From IMG/VR virus record IMGVR_UViG_3300035148_000415, positions 1-64,000 of that record: DNA of 64,000 nucleotides, one strand, 5' to 3'. The notes under the pieces are model-generated. The model ran no database searches. It worked only from the letters and a program-made list of their open reading frames with translations, and was not told where the DNA came from. Positions 36,739 to 46,626 of the stretch are shown in pieces (position 1 is the stretch's first letter; each line of letters starts with the position of its first letter). Both the position numbers and the translations under genes were made by a program. This stretch comes from a virus.

Positions 36739-37941
36739 ATGGAACCGACCAGGAAGACCCTGAACACCATCACCACGGACTGGTTCGCAGCCGTCCTCTT
36801 CGACGAAGGAGCGGGCTGGCTGCTCCACCGGGCCGTCTACAGGAAGGGAGTCGCGAAGGAGTTCGATCCGCTCTTCAACTGGATCAACCGGTGCTACGAG
36901 TCGACCGGCGAGACGCCCTCCTACTCCACCACGACGGACCGGTGGCCGAAGTTCGAATGGCCCCGCCAGCCGCTGCCGGTGGAGTTCGCCACGTTGGAGC
37001 TGGGAGAGGCCTATCGCAGATGGGAGCTCGTCTCGTACGCCGTCGAGCTCGACCGGCTGCTGCGCGACGGGACTCCGAACGAGGCCTGGGAGCACGCCAA
37101 GTCGTTCACGTCCCAGGCTGTGAAAGGCAGCACGGCGCGCGGCATCGAGCTGAACGACCCGATGCTCTACATCGACACCGTCAACGACGGCATCGAGGTC
37201 CCGTCGATGGGAGCGGCCATGTCTGGCCGCAAGATCCACCGATCGGACTTCATCCTCATCGCCGCGCGGACGAACGTCGGCAAGTCGTGGCTGCTGCTCA
37301 TGATGGCGATGGACGCGATCAAGCAGGGCTGGGACGTCGTCTTCTACTCGCTGGAGATGGCGGCGTCGGACCAGGCGAAACGGGTCAAGGCGCTGCTCGG
37401 AGGCAAGGACCCGATCGCCTGGATCAAGAAGCAGCCAGGTCACCTGTACGTCGTCGACCAGCGGGAGTCGGGGCACGGCTACACGCCGTCCGACCTCGTC
37501 AAGCGCGTCGACCAGGGGTCGCGCACGATGATCGTCGTCGACTACGGGGAGCTGCTGCGCCCCGACACCGGAGGCCGTTCGACCGAGGGCTGGAACAAGA
37601 GCGCCGAGGTCAGCCAGGCCCTGCAGAACGTGGCGAAGTACGTGGAGGTTCCCGTCGTCGCCGCGGTGCAGGACAACAGGCAGGCGGTCGGAGTCACCAG
37701 GCCCGGAGTGGAGACGCTGTCCGGGTCCGACTACTGGGGCAGGGACGCGGACCTCGTGCTGAGGCTCCGCGACGAGAGCGGCGAACCGCCGGGATCAGGA
37801 CCGACGAGGGTTCTCGATGTGGTCAAATCCCGGCACTCGGGCAACAGGGAGCCGTCGTACTTCGACTTCCGGCTCGAGCACGGGGGCATCCGTCTGATCG
37901 ACCGCATGGAGTACGCGGTCCTCAACTCGAAGGAGGGCTAG
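36739..37941 (+). CDS. dnaB: DnaB-like replicative helicase
   Basis: RecA-fold C-terminal domain: Walker A AARTNVGKS, Walker B MIVVDYGELL, ..AAVQDNRQ; GGAAGGA SD; GTG 36715 alternative start. Confidence 0.8.
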   Translation: MEPTRKTLNTITTDWFAAVLFDEGAGWLLHRAVYRKGVAKEFDPLFNWINRCYESTGETPSYSTTTDRWPKFEWPRQPLPVEFATLELGEAYRRWELVSYAVELDRLLRDGTPNEAWEHAKSFTSQAVKGSTARGIELNDPMLYIDTVNDGIEVPSMGAAMSGRKIHRSDFILIAARTNVGKSWLLLMMAMDAIKQGWDVVFYSLEMAASDQAKRVKALLGGKDPIAWIKKQPGHLYVVDQRESGHGYTPSDLVKRVDQGSRTMIVVDYGELLRPDTGGRSTEGWNKSAEVSQALQNVAKYVEVPVVAAVQDNRQAVGVTRPGVETLSGSDYWGRDADLVLRLRDESGEPPGSGPTRVLDVVKSRHSGNREPSYFDFRLEHGGIRLIDRMEYAVLNSKEG

Positions 37942-37998
37942 ATGGGATTCCTCATCCCGCTCGCACTGCTGGTGACGATCCTGATCCGCGTCAAATGA
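37942..37998 (+). CDS. 18-aa hydrophobic micropeptide (MGFLIPLALLVTILIRVK)
   Basis: AGGAGG SD 5 nt upstream, starts right after helicase stop, stop overlaps next ATG (ATGA); 14/17 GC3. Confidence 0.4.
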   Translation: MGFLIPLALLVTILIRVK

Positions 37999-38207
37999 GC
38001 GGGATCGTCGGCGCAGTGCTCAAACTCGCCGAGACTGCCGCGGTGGAACTCGTCGGGGACGGCACCGCCGTCCTCACGAAGACCATCAAGAGCATGACCG
38101 GCAAGCGCCTCGACATCGTCGTGGCGGTCCAGATCAAGACCCGTGACAAGGAGGAGGTGGACACATCATGGGTGCAATCACGCTTGTCCCAGTCTTCCCA
38201 GGACTGA
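37995..38207 (+). CDS. hypothetical protein
   Basis: 70 aa; ATGA coupling; overlaps next gene by 40 nt. Confidence 0.45.
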   Translation: MSGIVGAVLKLAETAAVELVGDGTAVLTKTIKSMTGKRLDIVVAVQIKTRDKEEVDTSWVQSRLSQSSQD

Positions 38208-39142
38208 TCAACGAGGAGCAGAACACCTTCGGCCTCCATCTGCTGATGGGGCCGGACTTCGTGGACTTCATGGAGGAGCCGGTAGGGCTCATCCCGGTGG
38301 AGGTCGACTACGAGCTCACGATGTCTCCGAAGCACCAGTGGATGGAGTTCTACTCCGAGGTGTTCGGTGTGTACAACCAGGGCAAGAAGGAATGGCACCT
38401 GATCGACTGGGAGGAGGTCACCCGCAACGACGAACTGGCCGGCGCATGGATGTCATGGGTCGAATCGCTCTACAAGCACCCGCGGCTCCCCAAGCACGGC
38501 CCAGCCAGGGACTTCCTCGTGCGGCTGACGTTCGACTCCCACCGGCTGCTGCCGGTGAGGGTGCAGCAGACGGCGTGCGAGATCTGCGCCCAGGCCGGGA
38601 ACGGATGGACGATCATCATCAGGGACGCGGTGATGTTCGCCAGGGACAGCGGAGTGGCGTCGACGGCGGGGATGAAGCGCTCGTGGAACCCCTTGTGGCC
38701 GAACAGCGTCGAAGTGTCCCTGTGCAACGAGTCCCACTTCTTCAGGGAGGAGCGCGCCAATGAGCTCCTGTCGGAGATGTGGTCGGAGACGTGGGAGGAC
38801 TGGTACGAGCCGGCCGACATGCCCGACGAGATGCCCGACTGGGCGACGGTGATGTCGACCAACGACCAGATCGCCACGGACTTCATGGAGATGTTCGAGC
38901 AGGGCGCGTACGACGAGTCCGACATCGAGACCCAGTCGACGCACATGCGCTGCTGGCACCCGCCGGAATGGCTGCTCCCGACGTTCAAGCAGACCTGCGC
39001 CGACGTCCAGCCGGACTTCAGCCAGTGGTACGGCGAGCAGTTCGGCCTCAACGCCTGGTCCGCCTACGAGCAGGGCCTGCGCAGGGAGCTGCGCAACAGG
39101 GCCACCTCTTTCGCGCTCCCGCAGAAACCGGAAGCAGCCTGA
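38168..39142 (+). CDS. hypothetical protein (324 aa, acidic Trp-rich C-terminal half)
   Basis: GGAGGAGG SD; high GC3. Confidence 0.65.
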   Translation: MGAITLVPVFPGLINEEQNTFGLHLLMGPDFVDFMEEPVGLIPVEVDYELTMSPKHQWMEFYSEVFGVYNQGKKEWHLIDWEEVTRNDELAGAWMSWVESLYKHPRLPKHGPARDFLVRLTFDSHRLLPVRVQQTACEICAQAGNGWTIIIRDAVMFARDSGVASTAGMKRSWNPLWPNSVEVSLCNESHFFREERANELLSEMWSETWEDWYEPADMPDEMPDWATVMSTNDQIATDFMEMFEQGAYDESDIETQSTHMRCWHPPEWLLPTFKQTCADVQPDFSQWYGEQFGLNAWSAYEQGLRRELRNRATSFALPQKPEAA

Positions 39143-39960
39143 TGGCGCGCTCCTGGAAGTCGATGCGCGAAGCGATCGAACACGGGCGCGGAGTCGAGCG
39201 CCCGTTCTGCTGCCCGGTCCACGGCGACAGGAACGCCTCGGCGTCGGTCAACGTGGAGAAGGGCGTCTGGGTGTGCTACGCGTGCGGTGCGAGCGGGAAG
39301 ACCGAGGACGGCAAGCACGACCTCAACTACATCCCGCTGATGCAGGACGCCCCGATCCCTGCACTGCCTCCGCTGGCCATCAGGTACACCAACAACCTGC
39401 TCGGCTACGGGACCTACTGGGCGACCAGGTACGGGACCGAGGTGGCCGAGCTGTTCGCCACAGGGGTCGACCCGGTGACGGGCAGGCCCACGGTGCCGAT
39501 CCACGACGAGCTCGGCACCACCGTGCACGGGTTCCTCCAGAGGAGGCTGCCCGGAGAGGAGGGAGGGAAGTACATCTACCCGACCGGGGTCCCTGTCAGC
39601 AGGCTGCTGTTCGGCCACCACCTGGTGCCGTCGAACCTGGAGCTGCTGGTGCTCGTCGAGGGCGCTTCCGACGTGATGGCGCTGCACAGCTGGGGAGTCC
39701 CCTCCGGTGCGGCGGTCGTCGGGGTGTACGGTGCGGGCCTCCACTCGGTGCAGGCCGACCTCGTCAAGGGGCTGTCGCCCCACCGCGTGCTGTGCGCCAT
39801 GGACGCCGACGACGCCGGAAGGCAGGCGAACACGCGCAGCATGCTGCACATGCAGAACCGCCGCGTCGGAGCTTCGCGCTTCGATTGGTGGTCGCAGTTC
39901 GGGGTCAACGACCCCGGGGATCTGAAGGAGGATCCATGGAAGATCCTGATGGCCGCGTAG
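39142..39960 (+). CDS. dnaG: DnaG-like primase (CHC2 zinc finger + TOPRIM)
   Basis: CCPVHGDRNASASV..WVCYAC zinc finger; TOPRIM LVEGASD and MDADDAG. Confidence 0.85.
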   Translation: MARSWKSMREAIEHGRGVERPFCCPVHGDRNASASVNVEKGVWVCYACGASGKTEDGKHDLNYIPLMQDAPIPALPPLAIRYTNNLLGYGTYWATRYGTEVAELFATGVDPVTGRPTVPIHDELGTTVHGFLQRRLPGEEGGKYIYPTGVPVSRLLFGHHLVPSNLELLVLVEGASDVMALHSWGVPSGAAVVGVYGAGLHSVQADLVKGLSPHRVLCAMDADDAGRQANTRSMLHMQNRRVGASRFDWWSQFGVNDPGDLKEDPWKILMAA

Positions 39961-40340
39961 CGCGGCTGAAGGAGCTGTCGGAGTGCTACTTGGCCGAGGT
40001 CGCGAACATGGAGCGCGCCCAGGCCGAGCTGGAACTCATCAAGGCGCAGATGCAGGAGGTCCAGGGTCCTGGCCTCGACCGGTTCGACATCGACCTCGGC
40101 GACATCGTCGTCATCGTCGGATCCCGCGCGAAGTCCCGCAAGGTGAACGTCGTCGCACTGCAGCGCGCAGGCGTGAAGAAGGAGGAGTTCTCCACCATCA
40201 CGCCGTCGATCGCCGCATTCAACGCCATGTGCGAGCGGCGCGGCTGGGGAGAGGCAGAGGCGTCCGCCTACCTCATCATCGACCCCGAGAAGGTGCAGAG
40301 GGTCTCTGTACGCAAGAAGAGCGAGGAGAACGAGTCATGA
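39936..40340 (+). CDS. hypothetical protein with N-terminal coiled coil
   Basis: 134 aa; GGAGGA SD; overlaps primase 3' end by 25 nt. Confidence 0.5.
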   Translation: MEDPDGRVARLKELSECYLAEVANMERAQAELELIKAQMQEVQGPGLDRFDIDLGDIVVIVGSRAKSRKVNVVALQRAGVKKEEFSTITPSIAAFNAMCERRGWGEAEASAYLIIDPEKVQRVSVRKKSEENES

Positions 40341-41317
40341 GCGACACCACCACCGAAGATCAGGTGCAGGCCGGAGACATCGGCTTCGACACCGACGAGC
40401 TGTTCCAGACGAAGGCGGTCACCCTCGACGACTTCGCCGGGGAGCGCGACTACGAGTACCCGCTGACCGCCTTCATCCCCAAGTCCTACGGCACCTCCGG
40501 GGACGACGCGGCGGTGTGGATCATCCCCGACATCAACGACGTCGTCGTCGTGCGCCAGATCAAGATGTTCGAGACCACCTTCATCCCGAAGGTGCCTCCG
40601 GCGTACAACGTCCTCTACTGCCGCGTGGACCGCACCAACCGCCCCAACCTCACGGACTTCCAGGACCAGGTCCGGCAGTCCGTCGTGTCGCAGTACAAGG
40701 GGAAGGACGGCCTCGTCCCGCTCCAGCAGGTCTACCTGCTCCCCGTCATCAGGAAGCTCCCCGTGAAGCAGGACGCGCCGCCCGTCGTCGGTTCCAAGGA
40801 CGAGTGGGCGCCCGCCATCGCTGAGGTCGGAGTCACGGCCTACGCGGAGATCAAGCGGGCCATCGCAACCGCCGACGACCTGTCCGACGGGCGCATCACC
40901 CCGTTGACCAGGCCGATGCGGATCTGGAAGTCCGGACAGCGCGAGATCACGGTGAAGTTCGACCGCAACTCCGACGCCGACGTCCCCGCGCTGATCAAGG
41001 AGCACCGCAAGAACCTCCAGCTCGAGCCTCGCGAGTACGTGAAGCTGCGGGCCACCCATACGGAGGCCTACCTGCGCGCCCAGTGGGCCGCGTACAAGTC
41101 CGGCGGGTCGCCGGTCGCGGCGCACACCGAGATCAGCGACCGGGAGCGGTACGTCGAGGCGGTCATGAACATGACCACCGCACAGATGAAGGCGCTGCTC
41201 CAGCAGCACGGCATCTCCATCGCAGGTGCGAAGGCGAAGCCCGGGCTGATCGAGCTGATGCTGGACAACCGCGACGCGTGCGAGGCCGAGGTCCTGGCCT
41301 CCACCGTTCCGTTCTAG
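40337..41317 (+). CDS. replication-module protein with C-terminal SAP-like DNA-binding motif
   Basis: ATGA overlap; C-terminus TAQMKALLQQHGISIAGAKAKPGLIELMLDN resembles SAP / Rho-N helix-extension-helix. Confidence 0.55.
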   Translation: MSDTTTEDQVQAGDIGFDTDELFQTKAVTLDDFAGERDYEYPLTAFIPKSYGTSGDDAAVWIIPDINDVVVVRQIKMFETTFIPKVPPAYNVLYCRVDRTNRPNLTDFQDQVRQSVVSQYKGKDGLVPLQQVYLLPVIRKLPVKQDAPPVVGSKDEWAPAIAEVGVTAYAEIKRAIATADDLSDGRITPLTRPMRIWKSGQREITVKFDRNSDADVPALIKEHRKNLQLEPREYVKLRATHTEAYLRAQWAAYKSGGSPVAAHTEISDRERYVEAVMNMTTAQMKALLQQHGISIAGAKAKPGLIELMLDNRDACEAEVLASTVPF

Positions 41318-41385
41318 ACGACGAGCAGTGCTGCGGGGAGGGGGCTCCGGCCCCCTCCCCGCTCCGCGCTGGGAAGGAGGAGTCG

Positions 41386-44013
41386 ATGAAGACGTTCTAC
41401 TCGATCCACCACCACTCCAGGTACTCGCTCATGGACGGCAGGGGAACCGTGGCCGACCACGTGCGCAGGGCGAAGGAGCTGGGGTACCCGGCCCTTGCAC
41501 TGACCGACCACGGCACGATGGCGGGAGCCGTCGAGCTGTACAGGGAGTGCAAGAGGAACGGGATCGTCCCGCTGCCCGGCATCGAGGCCTACGCCTCGTA
41601 CGGGCTGAAGACCAGGAAGACGTTCCACCTCGGCCTGGTGGCCACCACGGAGCAGGGGTACCTGAACCTCGTGACCATCAACAACGCCATGGCGCGCGAC
41701 TTCTACTACAAGCCCATCCTCGACCTCACGAGGATCGGGGACCTGCCCACGGAGGGCGTCGTGCTCACCACCGGGTGCTTCTTCGGAGTTGCGATGTCCG
41801 CATCGCGCGTCGACCCGGAAGCACCGCTGAACGTCATCAGCACGCTGGCCGACTACTTCGACGTGTACGTCGAGGCGCAGTGCCACGGCATCGAGGACGA
41901 GGACCACGACGACGTCGAGGACCAGTACAAGGCCCTGGCGTGGGCGAAGCAGCTGGGCCTGCCCATGGTCATCGGGCAGGACTGCCACTACGTGTACAAG
42001 ACCGACAGGAACCATCACGATACGATGAAGCGCCTCGGATCGTGGAACGACGATCCTGACAGCGCCATCTTCCCGGGCGAGTACGGCTACCACCTGCAAT
42101 CGGAGGAGGAGCTGCGCGCCCAGTTCGAGCCGGAGGTGTGGAGGGAGGGGCTGAAGGGGCTGTCGCAGATCCTCGCCGGCGCCGACATGTCGATCCCTCC
42201 GCTGGACAAGTTCGATCCGGTGATCATCAGCCGGCCGGACGAGGAGCAGGAGATCGTGCAGCTGGTCCTCGGATCGGACAGGATGCCGCCCGCGGACCAC
42301 CCCGACCACCAGGAGTACCGGGATCGGGTCGATCAGGAGCTCGACGTCATCAGCGGGTTCGGGTTCACCGGGTACATGCTGCTGGTGAAGGAGATCACCG
42401 ACTTCATGAGGAGCAGGTCGATCACGTACAACGTCCGCGGCTCCGCGGCCGGTTCGCTGGTCTGCTACCTGCTCGGGATCAGCAAGCTGGACCCGATCGC
42501 GTGGGACCTGCTCTTCGACCGGTTCCTCTCGCGCAACCGCGCGAAGCTGCCGGACATCGACCTCGACGTCGACTCCAGCCGACGGCCGGAGGTGCTGGAG
42601 CATCTGCGCCGCACCTACGTCGTCACGGGGATCTGCCAGTACTCGACGCTCGGCATCGTCGACTACGACGGCCGCTTCAAAGGGTCGGCGCTGCAGAAGT
42701 GGAAGCAGGCCCAGCGGAAGACGGGCGGTAGCGAGGTGGCCGACAGGCGGGTGTTCGAGGAGCTCGAGCTGATGACCAGGGACGACGCGATCCTCGCAAC
42801 GAGGGGCGCGCACCCTTCCGGGTACATCGTCGCGCCGGACGAGAAGTCGATGAGGTGGATGCCGCTGGGCGTCATCGGATCGGCGAAGGACTACGACAGG
42901 TTCGTCACCGCGTTCGACCAGGACTCCGCGGAGGCCATGGGGTACATCAAGGTCGACGTGCTCGGACTGAAAGCCATGCACGCCGTCGACGTGTGCCTGT
43001 CGGAGATAGAGCGCTCCACCGGGAAGAGGATCGAGCTCGAAGACATCCCGCTCGACGACGCCGACGTCTACACGATCATCGGCGACGGCATGACCTCCGG
43101 CGTGTTCCAGCTCGAGGGATGGGCGGCGAAGAAGGGGTGCGTATCGTTGAAGCCGAAGCGCATCGAAGAGATCATCGCGGCGATGGCGCTGTTCCGGCCG
43201 GCCGCGATGGACTCGGGAGCGACCGAGCTGTACGTGAAGCGGTCGCGCAGCGCACGCTCCTCCGCGAAGCCGCAGGACTACGTCAAGGCGTTCCACCCGG
43301 ACATCGCAGACGTGATCCGCCCGACCTACGGCGTGCTGGTGTACCAGGAGCAGGTCATCGAGATCCTCAAGGCCCTGCAGTTCGGCCCGGACGAGCTCGG
43401 CGACGCGCTGAAGGCGATCAAGGCGTCGAACAGCAAGGTCCACGGAGCACAGGAGATCGTGCGCCGGCTGCTCGAAGACGTGCACGGGAAGGCGGAGGCC
43501 CGCGGTTGGTCGGTGGTGGACGAGCAGTGGCTGGAGAACGCCTTCAAGGCGTACGCCAACTACGGCTTCAACATGGCCCATGCCACCGCGTACGGGATCC
43601 TCGCCTACCAGACCGCCTGGCTCTCGTTCCACTACCCGGCGGAGTTCTGGAAAGGCATGATCACGGCGCACGGCAAGGACGACGAGAAGGTGGCCGAGTA
43701 CACCGACCAACTGGCTTCGCGCATGTTCACGCGCATGCCGGTCGACGTGAACTACTCGGGAGTCACCATCAGGGTCAACGGCAAGCGCAGGTGGATCCAC
43801 CCGGCCCTCACCACCATCCCCGGCATCGGGGAGAACACGGCGAGGGCCATCGAGGCGGCGGCTCCGTTCGACGACATCGCGGACTTCGCGACGAAGCTGA
43901 ACGGGTCGTGCGTCTCGGGGATCAAGGGCCTGCTTGCCGGTGAAGCCCCGGAGGAGTGCTCCGGGGCGGTGAGGGTGCTGGCGACCGCCGGCGCCCTCAG
44001 GTCGCTCATCTGA
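41386..44013 (+). CDS. dnaE: DNA polymerase III alpha subunit-like (DnaE-type, PHP domain), 875 aa
   Basis: N-terminal PHP motifs IHHHSRYSLMDG, LTDHGTMAG, GIEAY; GFxGYMLLV and palm/fingers-like region; shorter than cellular DnaE. Confidence 0.85.
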   Translation: MKTFYSIHHHSRYSLMDGRGTVADHVRRAKELGYPALALTDHGTMAGAVELYRECKRNGIVPLPGIEAYASYGLKTRKTFHLGLVATTEQGYLNLVTINNAMARDFYYKPILDLTRIGDLPTEGVVLTTGCFFGVAMSASRVDPEAPLNVISTLADYFDVYVEAQCHGIEDEDHDDVEDQYKALAWAKQLGLPMVIGQDCHYVYKTDRNHHDTMKRLGSWNDDPDSAIFPGEYGYHLQSEEELRAQFEPEVWREGLKGLSQILAGADMSIPPLDKFDPVIISRPDEEQEIVQLVLGSDRMPPADHPDHQEYRDRVDQELDVISGFGFTGYMLLVKEITDFMRSRSITYNVRGSAAGSLVCYLLGISKLDPIAWDLLFDRFLSRNRAKLPDIDLDVDSSRRPEVLEHLRRTYVVTGICQYSTLGIVDYDGRFKGSALQKWKQAQRKTGGSEVADRRVFEELELMTRDDAILATRGAHPSGYIVAPDEKSMRWMPLGVIGSAKDYDRFVTAFDQDSAEAMGYIKVDVLGLKAMHAVDVCLSEIERSTGKRIELEDIPLDDADVYTIIGDGMTSGVFQLEGWAAKKGCVSLKPKRIEEIIAAMALFRPAAMDSGATELYVKRSRSARSSAKPQDYVKAFHPDIADVIRPTYGVLVYQEQVIEILKALQFGPDELGDALKAIKASNSKVHGAQEIVRRLLEDVHGKAEARGWSVVDEQWLENAFKAYANYGFNMAHATAYGILAYQTAWLSFHYPAEFWKGMITAHGKDDEKVAEYTDQLASRMFTRMPVDVNYSGVTIRVNGKRRWIHPALTTIPGIGENTARAIEAAAPFDDIADFATKLNGSCVSGIKGLLAGEAPEECSGAVRVLATAGALRSLI

Positions 44014-44047
44014 GCGGCATCGGATCGATGGGGAGAGGAGAACCCGT

Positions 44048-44503
44048 ATGTCCGCAAGCAATGGAATGATCCTCACCGAGGAGCTCGCAGTAGCGATCCT
44101 CGAGTGGGACAACGCCCTGTTCGAGGTATGGCAGGTCTACCGCCACGCCTCTGCAGCAACATCGGTGCTGGCAGGGATCAACATGTCCATCTGCGCCCGC
44201 TCCGCCGGGCGCATCGTGACGGACATCCGCGACCAGTTGGTCAGCGGGGAGCTCGTCGCGAGGATGTCGAGGCTGCACGCCGAGAAGCACCCGTGCCTCA
44301 CGTCCCCGGTAGAGATGGAGATGTTCAGGCAGTTCACGAACATCGCAGTGCCGTACCTCTTCTGGACTCAGGACGGCACGCCGGAGAGGGAGCAGCTCTG
44401 GGGCCAGGTGCGTACCTGGCTCGACGCCGCGGAGTCCGCGGTCGCAGCAGCACAGGAGCCCGAGCAGGGCGACAACGAGGAAGGGGCCAGCGATGGTCGC
44501 TGA
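44048..44503 (+). CDS. hypothetical protein
   Basis: 151 aa, GGAGAGGAG SD. Confidence 0.6.
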   Translation: MSASNGMILTEELAVAILEWDNALFEVWQVYRHASAATSVLAGINMSICARSAGRIVTDIRDQLVSGELVARMSRLHAEKHPCLTSPVEMEMFRQFTNIAVPYLFWTQDGTPEREQLWGQVRTWLDAAESAVAAAQEPEQGDNEEGASDGR

Positions 44504-45518
44504 CATCTACAAGGACCGGTTCGTCGGAGTGGAGCCCGCGTGGCACCGCATCGGCACGGCGATCGAGCCGGGCACCGGCTCACAGGCAGCCATGGCCGCA
44601 GCCGGCATGACCGACTGGAACGTGCGCTGCATCCCGCTGGAGATCCCCGGGGTCGACGGCAAGGGGCTGTACGTCATCGTCCGCAACGAGGACGGCGGGG
44701 CGATCGTGGCTTCGGAGACGATGGTCGAGGGAGGGTACGTCCCCATCTCGAACGAGGAGATCTTCCGCGACATCGTCGAGCTGATGGCGGGGCACGGCCT
44801 CCCCGTGGACGCCGCAGGCGTCCTGGGCAGGCTCGGGAACCGCGCGTTCATGACGTTCGACGCGGGCCGCACCGAGATGCCCGGCAACGAGGAGTACGAG
44901 CGCTACATCGTCGCCATCGCCAACCACACCGGCCGCGATTCCGCGCTGCTGCTGCGGACCGGGATCAGGGTGGTGTGCCGCAACACGGAGGAGGCCGCGA
45001 AGCGCACCTCGCGGTCCATCGTCACCATCCCGCACAACCGTGCGGCGATCGACAGGTTCTACGAGAACGCGCAGGACGGGCGGATGGTGCTCGGCATGGT
45101 CGCCGAGTACGACAAGAACCTGGAGCGGCTGTCGGCGGCGCTGCAGAGCTACCCGTTCGACGCCGTCCAGTGGAAGGCGATGATCGACCGTTGGACGGTG
45201 CTCCAGCCGGAGCCGAGCACGATGCGCAAGGCCGACAACATCGAGCGCGCCAGGGAGAAGCTGCTCGACGCCTGGCTGGTCGAGTCCCGCAACGCGGAGA
45301 AGCTCGGCCAGCCGTACGTCTCGCTGTGGACCGCGAGGCAGGCCATCAGCACCTACGCGCTGCACCTCTCGCGCGGTTCGCAGCGGCAGCACGACATGAG
45401 GCAGATGCGGATCGCAACCGGCCAGACCGTCCCCGTGATGGAGACCCTGAACGGCCTGCTGGCCGAGCAGGTCTCCAAGTCCCCCCGGCTCGCCGGGGCA
45501 GGGGTGTGGTTGCGGTGA
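44493..45518 (+). CDS. DUF932-like phage/plasmid protein
   Basis: 341 aa; N-terminal AWHRIGT..AGMTDWNV and overall pattern recalled from DUF932/TIGR03299 proteins. Confidence 0.55.
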   Translation: MVADIYKDRFVGVEPAWHRIGTAIEPGTGSQAAMAAAGMTDWNVRCIPLEIPGVDGKGLYVIVRNEDGGAIVASETMVEGGYVPISNEEIFRDIVELMAGHGLPVDAAGVLGRLGNRAFMTFDAGRTEMPGNEEYERYIVAIANHTGRDSALLLRTGIRVVCRNTEEAAKRTSRSIVTIPHNRAAIDRFYENAQDGRMVLGMVAEYDKNLERLSAALQSYPFDAVQWKAMIDRWTVLQPEPSTMRKADNIERAREKLLDAWLVESRNAEKLGQPYVSLWTARQAISTYALHLSRGSQRQHDMRQMRIATGQTVPVMETLNGLLAEQVSKSPRLAGAGVWLR

Positions 45519-45520
45519 TC

Positions 45521-46264
45521 ATGACCAAGACCGGGGCGTTCACCGGCTACATCTCGTGGATCCGCGACGGCGGCTCGTGGTCGGAGCGGACGCTGGAGAT
45601 CATCGAGCACTCGATGTCCCAGGACGCCAACAGCGCGAAGTCCGACGGCACGGGGCGGTTCCGCCCCTCGCTCATCGGCGACCCGTGCGACCGCAAGCAG
45701 CTGCTGTCGTACCTGTTCGCAGATTCGTCCGCGTTCAACGGCAACTGGTACACGTGGTCGGGCACCTGGCTCCACCTGGCGTTCCAGACGTACCTGCTGG
45801 AGAAGTTCCCGGACAGCGTGCGCATCGAGCACAAGATCGCTCCTGATCGCGGCAGGACGGGCGTCACCGGCAAGGCCGACTGGTACTGGTACGGGCCCGA
45901 TGCCGAGCCGTCCTTCGGGCAGCTCATCAGGGGGCCGCACCTGGGAGACTACAAGACGGCGACCTCGATCGAGCGCGTCTCGGAGTCGCCGAACGCGGTG
46001 CACGTCGACCAGCTGCTGTACGAGATGTTCACGATCAACGTGCGCAGGGCCTACCTGGTGTACCAGGTGCGGTCCCACGGGCAGATGGTCGGCTGGGAGT
46101 TGGAGGCGGAGGATGCGGACCTGGAGCGCGTCAGCTCCAAGCTCGCGCGCCTCCAGCGCTATGCGGACGGCAGGGTCCTGCCGGACCATCTCACCGAATG
46201 CCTGTCGCACAGCGGCGCTTACACCAAGTGCGACTTCGCCGAGAGGTGCATGGAGGAGTTGTGA
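45521..46264 (+). CDS. Cas4/RecB-family PD-(D/E)xK exonuclease with 4-Cys cluster
   Basis: GKADWYWY .. GDYKT (D..D-x-K), QLLY (QxxxY); Cys56 plus C227-x8-C236-x5-C242 as in Cas4 Fe-S nucleases; GTG 45515 alternative start. Confidence 0.75.
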   Translation: MTKTGAFTGYISWIRDGGSWSERTLEIIEHSMSQDANSAKSDGTGRFRPSLIGDPCDRKQLLSYLFADSSAFNGNWYTWSGTWLHLAFQTYLLEKFPDSVRIEHKIAPDRGRTGVTGKADWYWYGPDAEPSFGQLIRGPHLGDYKTATSIERVSESPNAVHVDQLLYEMFTINVRRAYLVYQVRSHGQMVGWELEAEDADLERVSSKLARLQRYADGRVLPDHLTECLSHSGAYTKCDFAERCMEEL

Positions 46265-46626
46265 TGCTGTTCAACAAGAAGCAGGGGGCGGCGGCGGAGC
46301 TGAAGACCGCCGCCCCCGTCCCCGGGGCCGTCATGCCCCGGATGTCCGAGGAGGCCCTGGGCGCCGCGCTGGCACATGCCCGCGGCGGTCCGGCCACGGC
46401 GCTGCTGCGCTACACGGGCGACCACTACGAACTGGTGGTCGGAGCCTTCGAAGTCGTCAACGACCAGGACGGGTGGATCTCGTACTGGGTCGGGGACCGT
46501 CTCGTCGCCACGATCGGGAGTGCCGGGGAACCGGTCCCGGTCCCGGCGCTGTTCTGCCTCAGGCCGGACTACGTCTTCCCGTTCGCGCAGTTGACGACGG
46601 AGACTCTGGAGCCGTTCCGGCGATGA
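46264..46626 (+). CDS. hypothetical protein
   Basis: TGATG overlap; 120 aa. Confidence 0.55.
   Translation: MLFNKKQGAAAELKTAAPVPGAVMPRMSEEALGAALAHARGGPATALLRYTGDHYELVVGAFEVVNDQDGWISYWVGDRLVATIGSAGEPVPVPALFCLRPDYVFPFAQLTTETLEPFRR

Noticed and set aside
36647-36763. 38-aa ORF with the strongest SD-like sequence of the region (GGGAGGAGGT-ATG) upstream of the helicase
   Set aside because: The SD-to-ATG spacing is only 1-3 nt, GC3 is about 54 percent (far below neighbouring genes), and it overlaps the helicase start out of frame. It is more likely part of the 5' UTR.
40337-41317. Calling this 326-aa replication-module protein an SSB, Ku-like or annealase protein
   Set aside because: Only the C-terminal SAP-like helix-extension-helix is recognisable. 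A comparison from memory with bacterial Ku and common phage SSB or annealase motifs gave no match, so the function is left open.
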